The position numbers and the translations under genes are program-made. A stretch of 64,000 bases of DNA from Takakia lepidozioides. Taxonomy: Eukaryota; Plantae; Bryophyta. Under the pieces are notes generated by a model that did not search any database, was not told where the DNA came from, and worked only from the letters and a program-made list of their open reading frames with translations. The stretch spans positions 36,828,001 through 36,892,000 of the forward strand of contig CM060734.1 in NCBI GenBank assembly GCA_030704615.1. The letters run 5' to 3'. Shown here in pieces: positions 1-14,100 of the stretch (the first letter of the stretch is position 1; every line of letters begins with the position of its first letter).

Positions 1-505
1 CGTGCCCGGGCTTATCCAGGACCCCAGTCAATCGCAGCTTTTCACACGGGGTTCTATAAAACTGGTTTACCCAGCATGTTCCACGCAGAATCGCCTGGTA
101 TGTCGAGCATTATGAGCGGAATGCTGTAATCTGTGGACCCCTGAGTGTAACAGACGACAGATTAGACTTTTCCGCAACAACGGTTTGCATAACTAACCTC
201 CATGGTTTACTGTGACGCAGTATCCAAGCAGGAATGTCTCAGAAAGAGCAATTTCTGATATGACTACGCACGAGCGGAAGAGGGAAGGGGGGTAATAAGT
301 AATAACTTAAAAGGGAGCCCCGTTGTAGGGAAGTGTAGTACAAGTAGCGGGTCTTAGGCGTCCTGTACGTTTTGCTGGGGCGGCTGAAGCGGGGCATGGA
401 GGATAAGACTGGGATTGGGTGTGTTTATAGCCAGGATTTATGAGCTTGTCTGCTCGTGGATCCATGGTGGATTGATGCAGTTTGTGTAAAGAGAGATCGA
501 GGAGA

Positions 506-2600
506 ATGGGCAAGTGTAATGGCAGGTGGTGGGTATTGTGGGTGCTGCTGAGCTTGGTGGTGCTGCTAGAGGTGAGAAGAGCTGAGGCGGGTGGAGGGTC
601 GGGTGATGGTGGTGGAGGGGACAGCCCTCCGCCGAATCTTCGAGCGAAGAAGCTCATTTTGACCAAAGTGTATTGTCTGATCGTTGTGTTTTTCGCTACT
701 TTTTTTGGAGGGATTTCTCCATACTTTTTGCGATGGAACCAGGCGTTTCTTGTTCTGGGAACGCAATTTGCAGGCGGAGTGTTCCTTGCGACTGCCTTCA
801 TCCATTTCTTGAGCGATGCGCACAACACCTTCGCGAGCCTAACCACCAACCCCTACTCTTTTGCGGAGATGCTGGCTGTGGCCGGGTACCTCCTCACCAT
901 GTTTGCAGACACGATCATCCAGTGGGTCTATTCCCGATCCCCCGCACCTTCCTCCGCCAGGGTTGACATGGAGCATTGCGCCAAAGGTATGTCTGCGTTT
1001 CAAACTGCACTCGTTACTTGCAGGGAGCAGATAAGGGAAGGGATTATTTGTTAGAGAGACGTGTCTTGAGCGAAAAGATGGAAGGAGAGGGTGAGAGAGT
1101 TGGCGTAAGGCAAGAAGCTATTGGGCTGCGCTTAGTAGACGCTTCCGGGTCGGGCAGCGACCTCAGTCCAATGTGAGTTTTCTTTCTTTCTTTCTTCCTC
1201 CCTTTGAGCTTCCCCAGGACTTTGTAAAGTAAATTTCTTTCTTTCTTCATTACAGAGCTCTGCCTCACTACTTGTGGTGGATACTTCAAACCTTTCTGAG
1301 AAAGTGTTGAAAGTAGTGCAGACATCCTGAGTGGTGCGGTGGTGTGCAGAGGTGCAGGAGAATGAGGAGATGCAGGTGCTAGGCCGTAAAACGTCTCTAG
1401 GCGATGCATTGTTGCTCGTATTGGCCCTCTGTTTTCACTCTGTGTTTGAGGGCATTGCCATTGGCGTAGCAGGTTGGTTCTCTACTTCCACGGGCACTTC
1501 TCCCACTGCGGTTTATTGGGAATGCAGCGGTGGATCATAGGAACATGATGCCCACATTGGCTGCATTCACAGGGACTTTGGGGGGGGGGGGGGGAGAGGG
1601 CGGAATCAGTAGCAAACTGATGACTGATGAATGCTTTCTTTGACTGGAGATCTTGTGCAAGGAGGTCAAAATCAGTTACGTAGTGCAGTACAGATTGCAT
1701 GACTTGTAGATTACTCTCAATTGCCCTGACGCAGGGACCACTTGATCTCCCAATCTCCTTCCACAATTTGTACATAGACTGAACCCTAGCAGCGTTCGTT
1801 ACCATATAATAACCTTTGATGCTATCAAATGACAATATGTTGACCAGTGGTTTGAGTGAGTGCAAATTGTTGTCTTATCCTCTACCACATAAAAGGCAAC
1901 TCAAGGAGTGAAGCTGTGATTCATCTCATGGCAGCATTCTCACCTCTTCATAAAAGATATTGCAAAAAACTTTAATCTTGCTATGGAATCAAACATGTAG
2001 GGAGGCACAGCTCCACGAGATGAAGGCCTTTGCTGTCACTCGCATCTGATTTTGGTGGATTGAGGGTTGATGCAAGGGCTGACGCAGAGAGAGAGAGAGA
2101 GAGAGCATGCAGTAAGGGGTTGTGAATGTGGATCAAAACTGGAGATTGTCCTACACGGCACATGTTGGCCTGCTAATAATGATGAAATACTGTGGGATGT
2201 GATTGCAGTGAGTCCATACGATGCATGGAGAGTTTTATGGACTGTGTCACTGCACAAGGTGTTTGCAGCCATCGCCATGGGTATTGCACTCCTTCGCATC
2301 TTACCAGATCGCCCTTTTATCTCATGTGCGGTGTATGCCTTTGCGTTTGCCATATCCAGCCCTATTGGAGTGGCAATTGGTATCATCATCGATTCGAGCA
2401 CCCAGGGTAATACAGCTGATTGGATTTATGCCATTGCCATGGGCATTGCAACAGGTGTTTTTGTATATGTGGCTGTCAATCATCTCCTTGCAAAGGGATA
2501 TGCTGCCACTGAAAAAATTAATGTGGAAGCGCCCATCTTCAAGTTCTTGGCTGTGGTGCTTGGCGCTGCAGTTATAGCTGTAGTTATGATTTGGGACTGA
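506..2600 (+). CDS. ZIP-family zinc/divalent metal transporter, ZIP2/ZIP11-like; join(506..986,1350..1472,2209..2600), 331 aa
   Basis: GT-AG junctions in consistent phase give one ORF. It has an N-terminal signal-like stretch, [20 protein letters not shown], the TM4 signature [24 protein letters not shown] and the C-terminal VVMIWD typical of plant ZIP2/ZIP11. Confidence 0.93.
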
Positions 2601-4964
2601 TGAGAGAGGCAGAGTGAGGAGGGCATTATCTTTGTACCATATCAATATATCTGTAGCTTAGGCTTGCAACATTTTCAGCTCATATGATTCTCCCATAAGC
2701 AGAAACCTTAGATCTGAAACCACAATAAATTTAAACCACTAGCATCAACCTCTAATTGAATTTGAGCTACTATTTGCCTCCACACTAGGAAAAAAGAGGT
2801 GAGTGTGGCATTGACACAAACAGAAGTAGAGATAGAGAGGGGGAGAGGGCAGCAAACCTAGAGCTAGGCATGGAGCGAAACATCAAACAATGTCATTGGC
2901 AGCCCACTTCTGCAATCAGAAATCTTCATTGCAACCAACTCATAGAAGGTGAACTGGAATGTGAAATTAGGACAAGGGTTGCAGGAGGTGCATGTATGGA
3001 TAGAAGAGACCCCAGAATCTATCTAGGTGAACCATAGGAACTGTCCCTTGACCTCCACTGTTGCTACTCTCACAACGTTGTTCTCTGCCCTTAAAACAAA
3101 TCTTTGCTGTTGACCCTTATACTGACTCTCACACATCCAGTAGGAAGAGTGACCTCGAGAAATGCTACCCGCATCGTCGACGCAGGCAATGGAGAACTCG
3201 CGCAGTTTCCAAACACTCTGAGAACTCGAAGATGACGATCGCCGCCCAGAGAATGATTTGGGGGAATGAACGAATGAACGATAGCTATGTGCCTGACCTT
3301 AGAAAGGTATACAGTGATTACATTCACACAAACAAATATCACTGGATAATGGGAACACTATGATCTCAAAGCACCGCATGAGATGGCTTGAAAGCAGACA
3401 AAGCCAGGGTCATAGAGCACCGAGAGTATTGCTCCCTTTCCATGTGTCTCGAGCTTTGAAAATGCCTTCTGTAAGAGACAAACAGATGCCATACGCCAGC
3501 CCCCGTCTCCTCCTTCCGTTGTGCGAAGGGAGGTTCCGCGTCCTGCAGCAACAGATATAACCAGGTTGTGGAGCTGAGATTGGCATCCTCGATCCCCGTA
3601 CCTGAAGTCTGTGATGCTTCCCAGTTTGCAGAGAAATTGAAGAAAGGTATGGATATGCACCTTTTTGCTTTGGTTTTATCCCTGCGCGTGTTTGCCTTGG
3701 GGCGATCCGGGCTCCATGCGGGCTTGACCCATCCCCGAACAAGTTAAATATAGAGGTACTCATCAACCGTTCACTGCGACAGTTGACTATGACTTCGACT
3801 TCACACTTGATATTTGATGTCATCGCTGTCGCAGGTCACACTAACAAAGAGAAGAGAGGTAAGGGAGGTTCTTTTTCTTTCAGCCATTTCAGCCCACGAG
3901 CAAGCACCCGTTTCAGCCTATACTCGGGGGTGGTGATCCCCTAACAGCAAGCAAGCAAGCACTCATTTCCAAGGAGAGTGCCTGTGTGTCAAGGAGTAGG
4001 TAGCATAGCATAGGAATTCAGGTGGTAAGGCTACACTATCCTAGGAGCTTTGAAGCATACATGAAGCTACAGCACAAGGGAAGCCAAATTGGTCAGTGAG
4101 CGCTCATTCCCAATACTCCAGAGGGAGGGGTGGTGGTCTCCCAACATTTCCAGAAGGAATGTGTTACAAGAGTCGTATGTGTTACCCTAAAAAGCAAACT
4201 CAAGGATAAGAATTTTTAGAGAGTGTTCCTCCACAAAACGAGTATGCTCCACTACCGGGAAGCCACATCGAGGAAGGAATGTAACATGTACACTTGCTTG
4301 CCCATAGCATCACTTGTGATGTACTCAAGCAGTAGGTACCATGTAGACGTCCCAAATCGTTTTAAGATATTTAGAGTAGAGCTATTTCAGTCCACGGAAC
4401 CAATTCAAAACTGTCCTCTCTCTTTGTGTATCCATACTAAGCAGCATTCTGTGCACCTCAAAGTGCTCATAGAGCTTGACAAGTACCTTGCTTGTAGCAC
4501 TGCAGTAAGGCAAGTGTTGCTTCAAATCTTGCCTGCTCTTTGTCCCAGTAGGAGATGAACAACCATGGCTGGTGATGGTTACCTACGCATCACTGTTGGT
4601 TAGGTCTGGTGCTGATTTTAATGTTAATAGGCATCAGCAAACTACTGGTCAAGAGATGGGTATTACGCCGAACATTATTTGGGGATTCCAACTCTACAAA
4701 AAGTGTTGGTAGAGTTTTTTCTGAAATTAGACAACTGCAGTAGTTTGTACCCCTGTCAATATCGAGGGGCCTCTGCGTATGAAGATATGTCTTTGAATGA
4801 TCTAGGAGCTTTAAACATAAGACTGACTGCAGGGGTTGCACATCTACCATCACCAGTACTTGTGACAGAGGACCAAGAGGAGCCAACAAAATCTCTTTTG
4901 GCACATGTGGGATGTGAGGACACTATGTACGGCTGGACGACTGAAAGGCACTCCACATTCTGAA

Positions 4965-6840
4965 CCAACAAGGCATTTGGCCAGACTCCTATACTTATGT
5001 CTGTATCTTGCAGGAGTGCATCAATGTGCAAGGCCTAGCGGAGGGAAAGAAGGTGGAAAGAAGGTGCATGCCCACCTTATCCACAGTCGATTCAAGCCAA
5101 AGTGGATTCATTCTCCTTAACACCCTTGTCAACATGTATGCTAAGTACGGGAGCTCGGTGGATGTACGTCAAGTGTTTGACAAAATGCCTGAACGAGATA
5201 TTTTTGCCTTGGATATAATGATAGCAGGATATGCAAAACATGGTGTGGCATGGAAGCTTTCAAGATTTATTGCAACAAGAAGGGGTGATGCCCAACAAAA
5301 TAACATTCATTGGCATTCTCAAGTCATGTGCCAACCTAGGGGCCCTAAAAAGGGAATTCTGCCCGATATAATTCTGGAAACTGCCGTTGCTGACATGTAT
5401 GCCAAATGCGGAAGCATGAAAGATGCGCGCCATAATGTGTCTCAAAGAAATGTGGTTCATCAAGATTGCAGGATATGCTCAGCACAGGTGTGGTAGGGAG
5501 TCTTGTGAGATCTATGAGCAAAAGGAATGACGCCCAACATGGTCAAGCTCATTTGTGTTGTCAATGCTGTGCCAGCCTAGGAGCTCTGCAAAAGGGCAAA
5601 GAGGTCCATGCTGACCTTATCAAAGCCGGAATCGCTTCATCTGTGAAATTGGACACTGCCATTGCTGACAGGTATGCCAAATGTGGGAACATGAAGGATG
5701 CGCATCAAGTTTTCAACAAAATGGCTGAACGTCATCTCATGGATTGTGATGATTGCAGGATACACACAACATGGGTATGGAGGCTTTTGAGATGTATGAG
5801 CAAATTCAAGGGGAAGGGGTGACGCCCAATAAGGTCACAATCATTTGCATTCTGAATGTGTGTGCCAGCCTGGGTGACCTGGAAAAGGGCACAGAGGTGC
5901 TGACATCATCAAAGCCGGAATTGTGCTGGATATCATTCTGAAGAACACCCTTGTGGACATGTACGCCAAATGTGGGAACCTGAAGGACGCACGTCAAGTG
6001 TTCTCGACGAAATGTGGTTTCTTGGAATGCCATGATTGGAGCATATGCTCAGCATGGTTGTGGTAGCCAGGCTTTCAAGATCTATGAACAAATGCAATTT
6101 GAAGGGGTGATTCCCAATGTTGTTGCGTTCATTTGAGTTGTCAATGCATGTGCTAGGAGACTGCCCTTGCTGACATGTATGCCAAATGTGGTAGTTTGAA
6201 AGACGCGTGACAACTTTTCGACAATTTGGCTCAGCAAAATGTGGTGTCATGGAGTGCAATGTTTGCAGGATATAGTCAGCATGGGTGTGGTAGGGAGGCC
6301 CTCAAGCTGTTTGACCACATGCAACAAAAAGGCTTTAACCCAGACGGTATCATGTTTATATCTCTTCTCTCTGCATGTAGCCAAGAAGACTTGGTTGATG
6401 AAGGCTGCAACTACTTCTATTCAATGGTTCGAGATCATGGCCTCACTCCAGTGGAGCATTTTTTTGGCTGCATGATGGACCTTCTTGGCCGTGCACGGTG
6501 GTTAGATGAGGCAGAGGGCTTACTCAACAAAATGCCAGTCGAACCAAGCGCCTCAGTGTTGGGGGCCTTGCTTGGTGCTTGCAGAATTTATGACCATGTG
6601 GAATCAACAACAGGCTGCATACATTCATGGTCACGGACACCCTGCATCCCCAAATTGAAGAAAACCATACCGAGCTGACCAGATTGTCCGGGGGGATAAG
6701 GATATGTGCCCACACACGCTTTGTCTTATATGACGTGGAGGGAGGAGCAAAAGGAATTTTGGGGCTCATCAGCACATCCCCCGGAACCCCTCTCCACGTC
6801 TTCACGAGATGGGTTTTTCTCTTGTGGGGATTACCGGTGA
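4965..6840 (+). pseudogene. Decayed PLS-class PPR (E+/DYW) RNA-editing factor
   Basis: Repeated NTLVNMYAK, AVADMYAKCGSMKDA and NVVSWSAMFAGYSQHG motifs in shifting frames. E domain MPVEPSASVLGALLGACRIY, DYW remnants HPQ..FVLYDVE..GLISTSPGTPL, and terminal DGFFSCGDYR-stop at 6808-6840. Many frameshifts and deletions. Confidence 0.9.
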
Positions 6841-8190
6841 AACATGATGTTGAAGAAGTGCCTCACATCAATTGTGAGCACGCAAAGGTCGCAATTAGTT
6901 GTTAGTCTGTAGGCAAAGATTAAAAATGGAAACGTTATTTCTTGCATTGAGTGCTGCAGCATGTACCGCAGTTTCTGAGTATATCTTCTGCTCCAACAAA
7001 GACCCCCTTGCATGACTATGATGCAAGGAGTCCAGGCAAACCAAGATATTCCAGATCTCGGCGGTGCACACCTTTCAGGGATTGCTTTCTTGGGGATTTT
7101 GTGAATTCTCAAGCTTCTGATGTACAGACCATTCTAAAGTCATGACCCACAAAACTGTGATGGGCGGAAACATATGCTTGTTTCATAAGAAACAAACAAG
7201 TAATCGGGCTAACCTCAGGAAGGTATGGAGAAATTTGATTTGGCCAAGTTTAACCAAAGGCACATATTCCACGAATTCACGAGCTCTGTTGATGTTTGGC
7301 AGAGATGTGAAGCAACTTTACACAGTGGTGGAGCTGTGATGCTACAGTTACCCCCCAAGGGCAGGACTCTCTTTTCCTTATGATGGGCATTGGAACCGCT
7401 CATGATCATTGATTTTTTGGCTTAGTTTGCTTTGTAAAGTTGTTGGGATGTGGCTGGTAGGTGAAGTGCAGTGTGACCATGTCTGGGCTGTGCAAGCACA
7501 TTCTCAATGATCTCAAAGTTCAGGCCTGTCAACCTTCTACTGATCTATTCTTCCATCTTCTTGCCTCTCCTCTTCCTGCAGCACCCCCAGAAAACTGCAC
7601 TCCATGTATGCCTATTCATTCAACAAGCAGCTACCACGAGACTCTTTGAGACTACCAAGGATGTGAGATTGCAGTAGAGTACTTGTCGATGAATTCACAG
7701 GGCGAATTCACAGATCGATATCGTGGCGGGGGATCACGCATCTCGATGCAGAAGGGAAGTAAGTAGATAATGCGATTGTTGAGCGTCGGACAATTCGAGA
7801 GCATGATGCGACATGGATTCCTAGTGAAGCGGGTCCTACCACCCCTCCGTGTTTGACCGAAGGCCTGTGATGCCACCACCCCGATGTATCAGCGAGAGAC
7901 CAGATTCTCGGTTTGCTCCAATGGCCGCGATTGAAAAGATGGTGGAAGTTGAACTGTTGCGGATGATTGGGCAGCAGCAAGGAGAATGGAACTCGAGAGC
8001 TGCGAGGAGGGTGGAGGGATGGCGAGAGTGATGGCAGGGGTGAAGGTCTGAGGCGACACGCACAAACACGTTAGACAGACATGGCGGACAGACAGAAGGC
8101 AGCAGAGTAAAGGCAGCAGCAGGGAGGGAGGGAGGGAGGGCAAGGAGAGGAGCAGAGGCAGCAGGCACAAAGAGAGAAGGCTGCTGGGCT

Positions 8191-11100
8191 ATGGGACCAC
8201 CGGGTAGGACATCCCTGCTGACGCTCAGGCAATCGTTGCGCGCCTCGCTATATCCCCGGGCACTGCCTCCTCTCTGCCACAGGTGTCCGCCATTGCCCAC
8301 CTGGGATACGCCTGCCTTTGTTGTCTCCCGCTGTGTCCCTGTGCCCTGTTGTAGAACGTCTGGCCCTGGGGGTGTGCAGTATCTCAGCAGCAAGAAGAAG
8401 GCCAGAGTTGCAGAATCCAAGAGGCTGACAGTCGCGGCAGCCATGGACGTCTCCTCCGGCCTGGACAATGCATCGTCCTGCCAAACGGCAGGGGGGTCTG
8501 CTTCATCGGCCTCATCGGCCATCCAGTTCCTCACACTTTGTCAACGCCTCAAGGTATGTGCGTGTATATGACGGAGCCCACGGGAGAATTGGGTCGTTGC
8601 ATGGTGAATGCATGGCTTCTTTCATTGTTTCTTGCGTCAGGGTGACACGGTTTTGATGGGGTCTTGGTCCCAAACAATTGCGAGGCATTGTGTAGACACT
8701 TGGAGGTTGTATGGGGATCTGTCAGCGTTTGAGGGTTGTACTGCGCTGGAGACCTGTTGGAAGAACTCATGATTATACGTTCTTCCCTCTGTCTTCATCT
8801 TTCTCTATCGCGCAATGTGTCTTTTTGTACCTTATTCACGGTCAGCATATAGACTCAGGCACATATGCATTGCTGTTGTCTGATAGATGTATGCCTGCAA
8901 GCATCATAATCTCCTTGGAAGTTCATTCCATGGATAGATATCTGAGTCTGGCAGGCCAGACTTATAAATCTGGTGGCAAATGGGGAGGTTGTTCCTTGAC
9001 TTTTGGTGTCACCAGCATGCTTATCCAAAATTATGACAGACTACCTTGACGAACGTTTCGATGCATACATCTGCTCTTAAAGCCAGTGCAACATCTAGAC
9101 AACTGCTTTAGCAAGCAGTTTCTATTGAATTGGACTTATATAACCCTATGACTCCTATTCCTCCTGACACATTACAGTTCAATGTGTTGTATCCTTTATC
9201 CCTGTGAGGGGTCAACTTAGGGGACCCCTGAATTGCTTCATTCGAATCCCCGCATAATTGTGTGTGGCACAGTAGGAGTTTGGGGCCTGAAGTGTTTGGA
9301 AGTCCCATGAAATCTCAAACTCACATGCCCCCTGTTGAATGCGTGGGTTTCCATTGTGGATATGTGTTCATAATCCGCCCAGAGATTGGGCTTTCTATTC
9401 TTTCAAATGCTAGCCTGGCATTACCTGGTTCACCGTGCCTTGAACTCAAGCATCTTAGGTGATTTGTGGTACTCAACAAATGCTTGAAAAAGAGAGAGTA
9501 TTTCAGCAAGGACTTGAGGGGACCAGTCTCTGAAATGCGAGGTGGCGAATAATGTGATTGTTATGCTTTGGCTGGTTTTGGTCGTATTTTCCAGACCACC
9601 AAGAGAACAGGGTGGGTGAACCATGGTGTGAAGGAGTCTGAGTCAATTGCTGACCACATGTATCGCATGGCGGTGATGGCCATCATTGCTTCAGATTTGC
9701 CTGGTGTGAATAAAGATAGGTTGGTGCTTGCTTTCTCACCAAGTGATTGAGATCTTCCAAACAGTCTCTGTATGGCTCATAAACTCACTTGGTGTACTGG
9801 ATGGTGGCATTGGCTGATTTTTAATTTTTGCAGAGGTATGTAAATCACAAATATGGATGAAGGAGATCAGTAACTTCTCAGAGATTGTACAGTCAGTTTG
9901 TCATGGGAGACTTCAGTGGCCAAGGTATTGACTAGATAACTTTGGCTTCTGTTTCAGGTGTGTGAAGATGGCAGTTGTTCATGACATTGCTGAAGGTACA
10001 GTAACCTTCTTTCTCCAGTCCCTTACCCAGTCTTCAATCTTCCATGTGTCAGTAATTGTCTGGATGTATCACTGAGATGCATTGGGTTTCTTGTGTGCTT
10101 GGTATATCCAGTAACGTGGGTGCTATTTTCTGTCCCCTAGCTGGAGCTCACGGTGTTTGGCTGGATGCCAAGCTGTACCTTGCGATCACGATGTTGATTG
10201 TTGGTGATTTGGCTAATGTCTGAATATTAAGGAACTGTGTAGAAGGTTTTTAGATGTATCGTATAGCTGGGGCTGTTGTTTACAAAAGCACGCACCCCTA
10301 CAGGCTGTGTATATGTGGTGTGTAAGAGAGATTGTACTTATAAGATGTTGTTTGCCGTAGCCTTGTGGCCATTGACCCCGCGCCCAGTTTGAGCGGGAAC
10401 AAAAGGGACAGAACCTACCTCTGTCAGGGGCTGACATTGGTAGTAAGACTTACCTCCATATAAAGAATTAATCCGGTTTTCCAGATATCCTCTAGAAATC
10501 CCTTCACACAAGCATCAATCTGCTGTGTGTGATTTGCCCAAAAACTAGGCCTCAGGAGGGCCTGGGCTTTTGGCTCAGCCTCGAGACTTTCAAAGTTGGT
10601 AAACAGGGGTACAGGCACAATTCCCTTAATAGATTTGAAGAGAGCGTCTCTTTGGTGAGAGAACCCCGGACAGTGTATCAGAAAATGAATACTGTCTTCA
10701 GATTGCCCACACAACGGGCAATTGCACTCTCCCTTTCCTCTCTGCTTCTGTTTGCTGTTCAAAGGTAGGCTTCCTGCCCTGAGTTTGAATTTCAGTCTAG
10801 TGCCGAGAGAGGGTAGACCCTTGAGGTCATCCAAGATGTCCTCCCCCATGTCACAGACTGGAAACAAGTTCAGGGAAGTTTTCTGCCTAACTTCATTTTC
10901 ATCAGACAATCTCATGGCAACAGACACGGCTGAGGACACTACAGCCTCTAAGTCAGATTTATCCAGCAGGGTCAAGACTTGCGGATCCAGGTCCAGGTCC
11001 TTGAGGATCTCTTCTACTCTCTTCTGCCAGGACTTAGCCTGTTTGACAGGGCGGTCCTGTTTCCAAGATATAGAGTCGATTAACTTAGGATATCTGGTGT

Positions 11101-14100
11101 TGGGCATATGTTGCAGCTGACCCCACCATCTGACCTTGAATTCATCTCGTCGGGAGCTTAAGGACGGAATGCCAAACTCACCCCGAACAGCCACATTGAC
11201 TGTTTTGGAGCATGCTGACATACACTCCTTAAGCACCCCCACTTGAATGGATTCTAGAGACTTAGCCTGGTTGGAGTTATCAACCCATATAGCAGATCCG
11301 TACTCCAAGGCAGGTCTAATAACACGACAAAGCATGGTTTTCTTAACCTCAGAGTTGACCCCTCTGCAGTGGAAAAATTTAGTGAGCCCCAGAGCTTTGC
11401 CCTTGCCAGTTTGAACAACTTTCCTGATATGTGCATCCCAATTACAATTGGAGGAGAACTCAACGCCCAGGTAAGTGTAGGAAGGGAGGACCGGGATCTC
11501 TTGGCTACCCCACTGCCACTTAAGATCACTTCCTCCCTCTCCTCTGTCGTTGAATGCTACCACTGCACATTTGCTGACATTAGCCTCTAGCCCCCAAAGA
11601 TCAAAGTATCTCTTCGCGCAATCAATCAACTCCTGGAGATTGGTTGGAGTCTCCCCTATGCCTGCGAAGTCATCCGCAAACATAAGGGCTGGTATGGTGG
11701 TATCACCCACCCTTCAAATCCCTCACTATCCACATCCTCGAGGAGTTGATTGATGAAAACATTGAAGAGTAGAGGGGAGAGAGTACATCCTTGAGCTACA
11801 CCTTGGTCTATGTCAAAGAAGTTGGACTTCTGTCCGTTAACAGTGACACAGCTTTTGGTGTGAGCATACAAGTTGTGGACAACTCTCCACATCTTTCCCT
11901 TGATCCCACAAGACCAGAGGCGGAACCATAGGCCATCTCTCCACACTGTGTCATAAGCCTTTTGGACATCCAGGAAAAAGACATAAGTGGGTTTCCCTTC
12001 TTTTTTCCTTCCCTGGATAATCTGGCTTAGAGTGAAGATATGATCCACACAGCCCCTGTTTCGCCGAAAGCCAGCTTGGCCTTCGTGGAAACAACCTCTA
12101 GACTCCAGATCAACCTCGAGACGAGTACTTATAACTCTGCAGAATGTCTTGGCAACAGCATTGAGGAGCGTGATGCCACGGTAGTTCTCCGGTTCTTCTC
12201 TGTCACCCTTCTTGTATAGATTGACAATGGCCCCCTGTCGTTAGCGAAAGGGGATCATTTCAGTCTTCCAGATAAGGTTAAAGAGGAGAACTAGGGCCTC
12301 TATCATGGGATCGCCACCGTGCTTGATAAGCTCGTTGACAATACCATCAGGTCCACCAGCTTTATATCCATTTAAATGTTCAATTGCATCCACAATCTCA
12401 GAAGAACTAATGGGAGCATTATAAGCCATTGAAATATACTCCAGTTCATCAGGGCTGTTTTGAATCATAGGAACAGTTTTTCCAACTGTGTCCCTCCATT
12501 CAGCAGAAGACCCCTCACTGTTAGACCTAGAAGTTCTGCCAAGGATACTGTAGTGAGTTTCAAAGGTTTTGACAATGTCAACCGATGAAGTCACCACTGC
12601 ACCTTTAGTAGTCTTCAACGCTTGTACTTGCTGACCGTTTTTCGGCTTGTACAAACGTTGAAGGGCCAACCAGAATTTCTTGTCATTACCACCATGGTGG
12701 TTTGAGTTTATTTCACTGTATAACTTGTCCCAGTATAATTTCTTCTGAGACCTAACAAGCTGATTGATATCTTTACGGAGCTGGTAGTACCTCGCCCACA
12801 ATTCTCTGTTGGTTTTCAAATTGCAGCACTCTTTATAGAGGGCTCGTCTCTCAGCTATCTTGAGTTTAATCTCATTAGTCCACCTACCACAGACAATTAG
12901 TTTCCTCCCAATGATCTTGTCAGCCACGGAGGAAACGAAACTCTCCCAAGAGTCCACTGCCCTTTCGACTTCATTTCTTGCGTTAACAGAGCGTGACTGA
13001 AGTTCTTGGAGCGATTGGACAAAATGAGGGAGAGCCTCTTGCAAGGCCTGGACGTACTCAGCCTTGACCGTACTCAGCCTTGACCTCCTCATTGTGGAAT
13101 TTTTCTATGCGCCACTTCCGAATCGAACGTTTCACAGATCTCTTGGTGGTGGGAAAACACCTTTTGATCTCAGTCCAAACCAGGTGTGTAAGAGAGAAAG
13201 AGACAGACAGACTGACAGATGCTTGTTGATGATTGCCTCAAAACATTGGTTGTGATATTTAGTTACGGGCAGAGTCAGATACACGTCCTGCCGGAACTGG
13301 TTCTCACCACCAATGTACAAGAGACTCAATTCCACAACTGCCATTTGATCTGGGGCAAAGCCAACAACATTCTGGTTACCTGGAATTGAGTGTGTTGTGT
13401 GAGACGCTATGTGCCAGAAAACTCTTTGTTTGAGGACTGTTGCCAATCCAGCCACAGATTGCCAGTCCAGTCAGAGTTTGTCTAGAAAGGGCAAATGGAG
13501 AGAGAGGGAGGAGCTAGTTGTGTTGGAACTGATTGTACCCTACTCATCTAGAATTACGAGGCAGTGTTTGCTTTTTTGTCTTACAGCTATAGTGGGCGAT
13601 ATAACACCATCTGATGGAATCTCCAAGGAAGAGAAGAACAGAAGAGAGAGCGAGGCCATCAATGAAATGTGCACTTTGCTTGGAGGAGGGTTTCAAGGTT
13701 TGCAATACTCAAATCACTTGTCTGAGAGATAAAGGGGAGGGTTAATGAAAGAGTCAGATTGTTTTATAACTTAAAGGCAGAGGGAGTTATTTTATTATGT
13801 TTAGCCTGTCAGGTGCATTGTGCCTTTGGAATGAGGACATTTTTTGTCAAGAGTTCAGGACCTTCTTGTCATTAATTTTCCATTATTTGTTGTAGTATTC
13901 TTCCATCCTTCCCAGGTAAAGATCGTGGGTTGGAGGAGTTCTTGAATATGTGTTGTATGTGTCTACACCTGGCAGCGGAAGAGATGAAGGGGCTATGGAT
14001 GGAGTATGAAAATAACTCATCTCCTGAGGCCAAGCTTGTCAAAGACTTTGATAAGGTGAGCAGTCTTTTGAGGAAAGGAGGGAAGAGAGATTTGGTGTCA

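Noticed and set aside
307-849. 180-aa minus-strand ORF
   Set aside because: It is the antisense shadow of ZIP exon 1 and has no recognisable domain.
3059-3946. Possible solo LTR (TGTTG...CCTAACA)
   Set aside because: The flanks (TCCAC and GCAAG) do not form a TSD, and no PBS or PPT was seen.
7836-8534. 232-aa minus-strand ORF
   Set aside because: It overlaps HD exon 1 and its GC-rich leader in antisense, is low-complexity and shows no motif.
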